Shown here piece after piece: positions 57,356-64,000 of a DNA stretch of 64,000 nt. The notes under the pieces are model-generated. The model did no database searches. It saw only the letters and a list, made by a program, of their open reading frames with translations, and was not told the DNA's origin. How positions within the stretch are numbered: the stretch's first letter is position 1; every line of letters starts with the position of its first letter. Location of the stretch: the IMG/VR virus record IMGVR_UViG_2847556114_000004; one strand, 5' to 3'. Source of the stretch: an uncultured virus (IMG/VR IMGVR_UViG_2847556114_000004). Lineage: Duplodnaviria; Heunggongvirae; Uroviricota; Caudoviricetes. Position numbers and translations under genes: made by a program.

Positions 57356-57494
57356 GTGAGATCCTCATTTTTGGGTGTTAGAATCCCCGGGCCATTGATA
57401 GCGCCCATTGGGTTAACTTTGGTTTTGATGTTGTTTCCGGTGTAACTTTGGTCGGTGGCACCGGACGTAGATCCCGCCTTGCGCGGGTTTTACG

Positions 57495-57659
57495 TTAGCC
57501 TTCGTGAGCCATCTGGTCGTGCGAAGCGCAACGTCTGGAACAGTACTCTTTCTCTTTGTGCGCCAGCAGTGAGCCGTTGCGATAGAGAAGGGTGCTTTTG
57601 ATTACTTCTTCCGGTTTAACCGGCTTGCTGCAATAACCGCATTTGGTCTGCATCATCAT
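57495..57659 (-). CDS. YdaE-like Zn-binding protein
   Basis: MMMQTKCGYC...YCSRRCASHDQMAHEG, diverged homologue of 6942..7103. Confidence 0.75.
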   Translation of the reverse strand: MMMQTKCGYCSKPVKPEEVIKSTLLYRNGSLLAHKEKEYCSRRCASHDQMAHEG

Positions 57660-57663
57660 TTCC

Positions 57664-57861
57664 TCAGAACTTAACGTCTGCCTGAGCAGGTAATTCGTCG
57701 CTGCTGATGATCCTTTCAACTGGGTAGCAACTACCTGAAACTTGCTGTTCAACGGCAGCCTGTTCACACAGTTTCTGGTCGTCATAAACACCTAGAACCA
57801 CATCCTGAAAATCACCGTTGGTCATGCCAATGGTCAGCACTAACGCGAAAAGAGTGTTCAT
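57664..57861 (-). CDS. DUF1482-like protein
   Basis: 'TLFALVLT....G..QD.V.GVYD....C..AA.EQ'. Confidence 0.7.
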   Translation of the reverse strand: MNTLFALVLTIGMTNGDFQDVVLGVYDDQKLCEQAAVEQQVSGSCYPVERIISSDELPAQADVKF

Positions 57862-58061
57862 CAGTGCGTACCTGCCGGAACCAGATTCGGTTCAATGGTG
57901 CGGGAAGCGTATGGACGGCGGATATGACGCAGGTTTCCCTGTGGTTCGTGCCAGTACATGCTTTCGCGGTAATCAAAAGAGACCAGCCATGCTGCGCCGG
58001 TACGGCTATTTCGCATTGGGATGGCGCGACCGTTGCTTGGTACTCTGTTACTGGTTTTCAT
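57861..58061 (-). CDS. Hypothetical phage protein
   Basis: Coupled to both neighbours. Confidence 0.6.
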   Translation of the reverse strand: MKTSNRVPSNGRAIPMRNSRTGAAWLVSFDYRESMYWHEPQGNLRHIRRPYASRTIEPNLVPAGTH

Positions 58062-58147
58062 GACAAGGCCTCTTTAAATTCTGCAAAACTGAGTGCTTCC
58101 TCGCCATCGGCGAGCCCTTCAAAATACTCCTCGTACGCTTTTTCCAT
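58058..58147 (-). CDS. YdfB-like small acidic protein
   Basis: Translated by hand: MEKAYEEYFEGLADGEEALSFAEFKEALS, resembles Qin YdfB; GAGGGTGAG RBS. Confidence 0.7.
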   Translation of the reverse strand: MEKAYEEYFEGLADGEEALSFAEFKEALS

Positions 58148-58401
58148 CTCACCCTCGATACCTTGTTGCTAAAAATTAGTGAACTTCGCTGGTGGTGCCG
58201 CGGCGCTGATCTTCACGGTTGAGCGTTTTAACTCTGCAATTCACCACCGCGAAGCTCACTCTGTGCTTTGCCCTTGTCGCCAGGCTGGCGGAACGTTTCA
58301 AACCTACTGCGCGTTAATCTCACCACCTCATTCCGGTCTTCGTATGCCCCGGACGGCTACTTCGTGGGCGTCCTGCCTGGGTGGTCGTGTTGATGATTAG
58401 A

Positions 58402-58464
58402 GTAAAACACCACTTTACTTTTTAGTCAAGTGATGCGGATTAGCAAAGTAAAGCAATGCTGTAC
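58402..58464. promoter_or_regulatory. OL operators of prophage 2
   Basis: GTAAAACACCACTTTAC (58402) and GTAAAGCAATGCTGTAC (58448). Confidence 0.7.
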
Positions 58465-58546
58465 TTGTTCGAAATTTATGCAGATTATTGCTGGGGAAGT
58501 GGGCTTAAAATGTATATGATTAAAAAAACATCAATGAGGGTGAGTT

Positions 58547-58733
58547 ATGGATCGTGACGAACTGGAAGAAGACCGCGCAGCATTCATTGCGGGTGAGATT
58601 GGCGGTGCAGTTGTCAGTCTGATAGCTAATGGGATAGTGATCAGCCGCGATGCGATTGTGGATAGCCTGGAGGCTAAGCGAAGGGCAGTGGGAAATGCGG
58701 GATGCGGCTAAGATGGTGAGAAGAGGGCAGTAA
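58547..58733 (+). pseudogene. Small phage ORF, probably frameshifted near its 3' end
   Basis: MDRDELEEDRAAFIAGEIGGAVV...GN stops early; RDAAKMVRRGQ* lies in another frame just before a terminator hairpin. Confidence 0.35.
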
Positions 58734-58754
58734 GAACCCGGCGCGAAGGCCGGA

Positions 58755-59339
58755 TTAATGCTGCTGTTTTGGTAATGGAGTAACCTGCAATTGATTTTGC
58801 AAAGGTGGCGGTTGATTGCTTGGCACTTGAATAATCAGAGGCTGGGTCATCGGTGGAGTTGCAGGGTCTTTAAAAGCAGAAATGATACTTGGCATCGCAA
58901 CCACTACTGCAATAATCATACCAAATATAGTAAGCTTTGTGGATATGCCCGACTGCATCCCGCTAATGGCAGTGTTTATTCCTGTAATTTGCCCTTGTAT
59001 ACCTTCGAATTTGCCATTGATGGCTTTTACATCCCCATCAACGCTATCCATTTTCCCTTCAATTTTAGAAGAAATAGAGCTAATAGATGAATTGAGCGAT
59101 GCCAGCTGAACGTTCATATTCTCGCGTGACAAAGCCATTTCAGCTCTAATCGAAGATGCAATGGACTCCATCTCCGCCTTATTGGCGGCCAGAAGTGCTT
59201 GTATTTCTTCACGTGATACTTGGGTCATGTCTACTTTAACTTCCTCAGTGTGAAACAGCGAGGCCCCACTTTCTTGGGACTTTAAATAGGCATCATCTAC
59301 TGCCTGAAGGTGCGATATTATTTTTTTAGACGTCGCCAT
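58755..59339 (-). CDS. Coiled-coil protein with C-terminal TM and Pro/Gln tail
   Basis: Heptad repeats 'ISSKIEGKMDSVDGDVKAINGKFEGIQGQI', TM 'LTIFGMIIAVVVAMPSII'. Confidence 0.7.
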   Translation of the reverse strand: MATSKKIISHLQAVDDAYLKSQESGASLFHTEEVKVDMTQVSREEIQALLAANKAEMESIASSIRAEMALSRENMNVQLASLNSSISSISSKIEGKMDSVDGDVKAINGKFEGIQGQITGINTAISGMQSGISTKLTIFGMIIAVVVAMPSIISAFKDPATPPMTQPLIIQVPSNQPPPLQNQLQVTPLPKQQH

Positions 59340-59340
59340 T

Positions 59341-59673
59341 TTAGCTAATTGTATCAGATTTAAGCAATTCGGCGTAACGCTGACGAACAAAATGATAATT
59401 GAACATCAATTGATAGCCACAGTTTAGGCACAACATCTGTGCTAAGCCAATTCCACCAAGTCTGGCATCAGTAATTTTACCATCCCTATCAAGAGTTAGA
59501 GCAACCAAACCTGTAATAGAGTTTTTATCAGGATTATTAGAGGGTTCACCAGTCTCAATTTCTTTCATACGCGATTCTGCGTAATAATGCCAAACATCCT
59601 TTTGGCAGCATGGACACTGTCTATTTACGCCAATTAATTGAATGTAATGCTCGAACTGCTCATTTGTGAACAT
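59341..59673 (-). CDS. Zn-ribbon protein
   Basis: CPCC...W and CLNCGY motifs; AT-rich; AGGA RBS. Confidence 0.7.
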   Translation of the reverse strand: MFTNEQFEHYIQLIGVNRQCPCCQKDVWHYYAESRMKEIETGEPSNNPDKNSITGLVALTLDRDGKITDARLGGIGLAQMLCLNCGYQLMFNYHFVRQRYAELLKSDTIS

Positions 59674-59715
59674 AGTTAATCCTAATTCTTATCACGCAAT
59701 ACGGCGGCCAAAATT

Positions 59716-60099
59716 TCAATCCCCCTGCGACCGAATCCGACCCTTCATGTACTTCTCATACAATTCGTCCAACTCCTTCAAGCGAAGCGCGAATATACGG
59801 AGCATGTTCTGCTGTTCTTCTTCTGGCAGTTGGCGGTAGAGCTCCAGCAGGCGCTGTTCGTCCGGCTTAAGACCATCCTTCTCTCCAACATCCTCACCAA
59901 GTAGCCAGGGGACTGATACCCCAGCAGCATCAGCAACCGCTAATGCAGAACTTTTGCTGATTCTTCCTGTTTTGAACCAACTGGAAACAGCTTGCTTACT
60001 GACGCCAGCAACCCTGGCCATCTCTGTTTTAGAGAAACCTTTCCGGTTCAGTTCTGTAAGCCTGGAGATCAGCCCAGTAGTCATTGTGTTTTCGCTCAT
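59716..60099 (-). CDS. Short repressor (HTH, DicA/Gifsy-type, no S24 domain)
   Basis: HTH 'SKTEMARVAGVSKQAVSSW', 'VSVPWLLG', 'EQRLLELYRQLPEEEQ'; start inferred. Confidence 0.85.
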   Translation of the reverse strand: MSENTMTTGLISRLTELNRKGFSKTEMARVAGVSKQAVSSWFKTGRISKSSALAVADAAGVSVPWLLGEDVGEKDGLKPDEQRLLELYRQLPEEEQQNMLRIFALRLKELDELYEKYMKGRIRSQGD

Positions 60100-60108
60100 T
60101 TCACTAGT

Positions 60109-60174
60109 GTAAATGATTGCTTTACCCGTCGGTAGGCATTCATTGATTGACTCATTGGTAAAATGATGCTTTAC
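60109..60174. promoter_or_regulatory. OR operators of prophage 2
   Basis: GTAAATGATTGCTTTAC (60109) and GTAAAATGATGCTTTAC (60158); consensus GTAAA-N7-TTTAC. Confidence 0.75.
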
Positions 60175-60196
60175 TTTTTCCATCTAAGGAGGTCCT

Positions 60197-60421
60197 ATGA
60201 CTGGTATTGAGAAAGCTATTCAAAAGTTCGGCACAGGTGCGGCACTCGGAAGAGCGCTTGGATTTTCAAAAATGACAATTTCCAACTGGAAAAAAACTGG
60301 CATTCCGCCCGATCACATTCGCTCTGTTTTTGAGCTTACGGGAGTCACCCCGCATGAGCTGCGGCCTGACTTATATCCCAATCCAACCGATGCCTTACCA
60401 GTGCAAGAAACGAGGGCATAA
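60197..60421 (+). CDS. cro: Cro-like regulator
   Basis: HTH, 'HELRPDLYPNPTD'. Confidence 0.85.
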   Translation: MTGIEKAIQKFGTGAALGRALGFSKMTISNWKKTGIPPDHIRSVFELTGVTPHELRPDLYPNPTDALPVQETRA

Positions 60422-60423
60422 CC

Positions 60424-60963
60424 ATGCAATCACTGTCACTTCATCAAAATAGCGGATATCAATCGGCGGCGATGATAAATCGCAATCAACCTGTCTCGAT
60501 AGATAAACATGACCAGATCCGCGATGCCGTTCGTGCGTGGGCGGGTGTAGATGGTCAGGATGTCGTTTCTGCTCTGATCGTCGAAGAATACAGGGCGCAG
60601 GGTGGTGACGAGATTACTTTCCCTGACGACCTCAGCCGACAGCGTCAGAAGCTTTTCCGCTTTCTCGATAACCATTTCAACAGCGAACGTTACCGCGAGA
60701 ATGTTCGCCAGCTGACTCAGGCAATTCTTGCTGTTCTGCCGCTCGAGTTCCGCAGCCGCCTACTACCAGAAGACAACATTATGGCCCGTCTGGCTCGACT
60801 GGAGAAAGAAACCAGCGAAGCGAAGATTGCTGTCGCGATGAATGCGCCACGTCATCAGAAGCTGAAAGAGTTGAGCGAGGGGATCGTGGAAATGTACCGC
60901 GTTGACCCTGGGTTAACCGGCCCGCTGATGGAAATGGTGCAGATGATGCTGGGGGCTATATGA
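60424..60963 (+). CDS. CII-like (YdaT/DUF1019 family)
   Basis: Homologue of 9907..10446 with a different N-terminus. Confidence 0.75.
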   Translation: MQSLSLHQNSGYQSAAMINRNQPVSIDKHDQIRDAVRAWAGVDGQDVVSALIVEEYRAQGGDEITFPDDLSRQRQKLFRFLDNHFNSERYRENVRQLTQAILAVLPLEFRSRLLPEDNIMARLARLEKETSEAKIAVAMNAPRHQKLKELSEGIVEMYRVDPGLTGPLMEMVQMMLGAI

Positions 60964-61112
60964 CCGGTTCAAAAATGGTGAAAGCCGCGGTGCGCGAACA
61001 CCAACGGCTTTCAGGTGCAATTCGTTGCGTACTCATTGCGAGGAAATTATGTCAGAAAAATCAGCCTTCAGAAAGATAGATGGGCCGCCACTTTAGCGAT
61101 TAAGAGGTTTTT

Positions 61113-61985
61113 ATGCGTGATTACGCAACCGTTGCGCCTCAGTTCTGGCTTGGAAAAACAGGCCGAGAACTGAGGAAAAAAGGCGCGGAGGCGCAGGTGG
61201 TCTCGTTCTATCTGATGACCTCGCCACACGCAAACATGCTCGGGTTGTATTACCTGCCAATTCTGTACATAGCCCATGAAACGGGTCTGGGCTTGGAAGG
61301 GGCTTCGAAGGGGCTAAAAAGCTCCATTGAAGCGGGATTTTGTAGCTATGACGAGGACACTGAGATGGTTTGGGTGCATGAAATGGCCGCTTATCAGGTT
61401 GGTCGATCGCTGAAGCCAGGGGATAACCGCTGTGCTGGTGTCAGGAATGAGTATATCTCATTACCTGAAAACCCTTTTTTATCATCATTTTATGAACGTT
61501 ATAAAACAGATTTTCACCTCAATTTAAAACGTGAATCGCGCCAAATTTCTGAAGGGGCTTCGAAGGGGCTACGAAGCCAAGATCAGGAACAGGATCAGGA
61601 ACAAGATCAGAATAAAGATATTTTGGGGCATGGCGCCGCCACACCCCGGGGGAAAAATACTTACACGGATGATTTTGAACTGGCGTGGCAGGAATACCCC
61701 AAACGCGCCGGTGGTAACAGCAAGGCTGATGCGTTCAAAGCCTGGAATGCACGTATTAAATCCGGGGCAACAGTGCAGGAGCTTACCGATGGTGTTCGGC
61801 GATACGCGGATTACGTAACTGCTGCTGGGAAACTTAACACCGAGTATGTGAAACAGGCCTCCACGTTTTTTGGCCCCTCAAAGCACTACGAAGAGTCGTG
61901 GTCTTTCGCGGCACCTGATGGAAAACGGGATCCGAACAAAATTTCTCAGCCAGATAAAGCGATTCCGACCGGATTCAGGGGGTAG
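61113..61985 (+). CDS. Replication initiator protein
   Basis: 'MRDYA.V.PQFW.GKTG', 'F...W..YPKR.G...K..A.KAW'; GAAGGGGCTTCGAAGGGGCTA repeated at 61296 and 61551. Confidence 0.8.
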   Translation: MRDYATVAPQFWLGKTGRELRKKGAEAQVVSFYLMTSPHANMLGLYYLPILYIAHETGLGLEGASKGLKSSIEAGFCSYDEDTEMVWVHEMAAYQVGRSLKPGDNRCAGVRNEYISLPENPFLSSFYERYKTDFHLNLKRESRQISEGASKGLRSQDQEQDQEQDQNKDILGHGAATPRGKNTYTDDFELAWQEYPKRAGGNSKADAFKAWNARIKSGATVQELTDGVRRYADYVTAAGKLNTEYVKQASTFFGPSKHYEESWSFAAPDGKRDPNKISQPDKAIPTGFRG

Positions 61986-61987
61986 CG

Positions 61988-62737
61988 ATGAAAAACATAG
62001 TTGGTACCGGAAGTGCGCTCGATCGCCTGAAAAAACTCATTCCACCAGGCGTTCAGCCGAAGTTCACAAGTGCTGCAGAGTTGCTGGCGTGGCAGCGGGA
62101 AGAAGGACTGAAACATTGTGAAGAGCTCGACAAGCTGAATCAGAAAGCGCGTACAGAGAAAATCTTCGGTCGCTCTGGCATCCAGAGCCTGCATCGCAGC
62201 TGCACGTTCGCCAACTACGAAGTATCCGGTGAGCAACAGCGCAAGGCCTACACCATGGCGAAAAGCTACGCACAGAACTTTGGGGCTGGCTTTGCGAGCT
62301 TCGTGTTCAGTGGCGGGCCTGGTACCGGTAAAAACCATCTGGCAGCGGCAATCGGGAATCATCTCCTGTCCGGTGGCAAATCTGTGTTGGTGGTGACAAT
62401 CCCTGACCTGATGCTGCGTGTTCGCGAGTGCTACGACGGTGGTCAGTCAGAGGCCGCATTGCTGGATGACCTATGCAAAGTTGATCTGCTGGTCCTGGAT
62501 GAAGTCGGTATTCAGCGCGGAAGCAACGGCGAGAAAGTCATTCTGAATCAGGTTATTGACCGTCGCCTGTCGTCGATGCGTCCGGTGGGGATCCTGACGA
62601 ACCTGAACCACGAAGAACTTCTCGGAGCGTTGGGCGCGCGGGTTATCGACCGTCTCCAGATGGATGGCGGGGTGTGGGTGAACTTTGACTGGGGCAGCTA
62701 TCGCAAGAACGTTAGCCATCTCCGGATCGTTAAATAA
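61988..62737 (+). CDS. DnaC-like helicase loader ATPase
   Basis: 'RSGI..LH..CTF.NY', GGPGTGKNHLA, 'LVLDEVG', 'FDWGSYR'. Confidence 0.9.
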   Translation: MKNIVGTGSALDRLKKLIPPGVQPKFTSAAELLAWQREEGLKHCEELDKLNQKARTEKIFGRSGIQSLHRSCTFANYEVSGEQQRKAYTMAKSYAQNFGAGFASFVFSGGPGTGKNHLAAAIGNHLLSGGKSVLVVTIPDLMLRVRECYDGGQSEAALLDDLCKVDLLVLDEVGIQRGSNGEKVILNQVIDRRLSSMRPVGILTNLNHEELLGALGARVIDRLQMDGGVWVNFDWGSYRKNVSHLRIVK

Positions 62738-62755
62738 CTTGGAGGGCAAATCACT

Positions 62756-63067
62756 ATGGCAAGCAAATCACTATGGGCAATTGTCGATTTCCTTCGGGTT
62801 AACCAGACCATAACCCCGCGTGAGGTTCAGAACCTGCTGGGATGCGACTGCAAGAAGGCACACAACCTGCTGCTTCACCTGGTACGCAAAACGGTAGTAA
62901 TCCGCACTGGCGAGCCGCATCGCCCGGTCTATTCGCTTCAGCCCGGTGGCGAGCAGAATATCAAGCAACTCAAATCGAAAGTGAGAAAAAACATGGTCAC
63001 ATCCGTATGCCGCACAAGTCCGGCTATGCAGCGTGTACTGGCGTTTTACGGGAGAGTATCAGCATGA
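62756..63067 (+). CDS. Hypothetical HTH-like protein
   Basis: Near-identical to 13325..13636. Confidence 0.7.
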   Translation: MASKSLWAIVDFLRVNQTITPREVQNLLGCDCKKAHNLLLHLVRKTVVIRTGEPHRPVYSLQPGGEQNIKQLKSKVRKNMVTSVCRTSPAMQRVLAFYGRVSA

Positions 63068-63705
63068 AACCAGATGTTAAAAAAATCATCGCCGATATCA
63101 AGGCGACAAAAGGGAACCGCAAATTTTGTAATGGCCTGGCTGGCACACTCCAGGATGATAATTATGCGTCATCGATTTGCAAATACGTTAAAACCGTAAT
63201 GCCGGAAAGAATCGATCTCCTGATTGAATACACTGAAAACCTTGAAGCTGAAGTCACAGACATGGCAGTACAGCTCGCTAACGCCGAGAGCAAGTGCAGG
63301 GAGCTGGCGGAGGAGAATGCGGGACTGAAGTCGGCAATTAGTTGTCATGCTGCTGGATTTACTGTGTGCGAAGCATGTGGAGAGGAAAACACATCAGGCA
63401 ATGATGATGTATGCCGCGTACTGAACGAAACCCCAGCCACAGACGCTTTCCTGGCTGAAGTGCGGGCGCAAGTCTGGATTGAAGGTAGCGAGCCAGAAGA
63501 ATTTGGGCGTTATTGGGTTCGTTACGAAACTGATGTGGGAACGCAATACTGCTCTGCTAAGTGGATGGAACACAACTTCTGCGCAGGTAGTAACACCAAC
63601 ATCCATAAAATATGGCTGGCTGACCATTCTCGGTCGATTAACTCTCTGCGCGGCGTAACGCATTACACCAAATTGCCTGATTCACTGGAAGGAGCAGCCC
63701 AATGA
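63064..63705 (+). CDS. Hypothetical nin-region mosaic protein
   Basis: N-half shared with 13633..14184, different C-half. Confidence 0.65.
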   Translation: MKPDVKKIIADIKATKGNRKFCNGLAGTLQDDNYASSICKYVKTVMPERIDLLIEYTENLEAEVTDMAVQLANAESKCRELAEENAGLKSAISCHAAGFTVCEACGEENTSGNDDVCRVLNETPATDAFLAEVRAQVWIEGSEPEEFGRYWVRYETDVGTQYCSAKWMEHNFCAGSNTNIHKIWLADHSRSINSLRGVTHYTKLPDSLEGAAQ

Positions 63706-64000
63706 AAGCACTCAACAAACAGGCGCTGCGTGTTCCTGAGCGCAAAAGACGTGACTGGAGTCAGGCGGTAATGCGCGATTGCGATTTCTGCAACCAATGG
63801 TCACTCACTATTCATCATGAAGATAGCGGATGTATATGCGCTAGTTGCTGCGACGCTGAATACACATCTGAACTGAAGGGCGCACTTGAATCAGCGATTG
63901 ACCGCGCTGAAGCCGCAGAGAAGCGCAACGCTGAATTACAAAGCGAGAATGCATACATCCGCAACCGGTACAAAGAACTGGACCTGTTAATCGGGAAAAA
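63702..64000 (+). CDS. Ead/Ea22-like protein (partial, runs off window)
   Basis: MKALNKQAL..., ATGA-coupled. Confidence 0.5.
   Translation, partial: MKALNKQALRVPERKRRDWSQAVMRDCDFCNQWSLTIHHEDSGCICASCCDAEYTSELKGALESAIDRAEAAEKRNAELQSENAYIRNRYKELDLLIGK

Larger units (their letters stand above)
51126..64000. mobile_element. Prophage 2 (left part; continues beyond window)
   Basis: int-xis-recT-recE, own immunity and replication modules. Confidence 0.92.

Noticed and set aside
51126..57487. Pure assembly duplication
   Set aside because: Begins exactly at the att core, contains a divergent recE patch and continues into a different immunity region. Reads are still needed to exclude it fully.

Overview
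Enterobacterial chromosome segment that starts at yebY and the SdsR (RyeB) sRNA. The 3' end of sdsR is the attachment site for two lambdoid prophages in tandem. Prophage 1 (573..~51125, ~50.5 kb) is complete: int/xis, RecE/RecT, cI-cro-cII, O/P-type replication, nin region, Q, lysis, DUF2280/DUF4055-type head genes, lambda-like siphovirus tail and an SOS accessory cassette. It carries one IS21-family and one IS630-family insertion. Prophage 2 starts at 51126 and runs off the window. Its int-xis-recT-recE arm looks identical to prophage 1 except for a ~0.5 kb patch, but it has a different repressor, operators, immunity-linked accessory genes and replication module. The most striking feature is in the prophage 1 minor head (MuF/gp7-like) gene: a 356-aa Ala1 (KlbA-like) intein with no recognisable in-frame endonuclease. 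Instead, a 294-aa HTH/NUMOD3 + Vsr/DUF559-like endonuclease is encoded on the opposite strand entirely inside the intein, with a candidate antisense -10 box written into the intein block F codons. All family assignments are from motif recognition by eye; no database searches were run.
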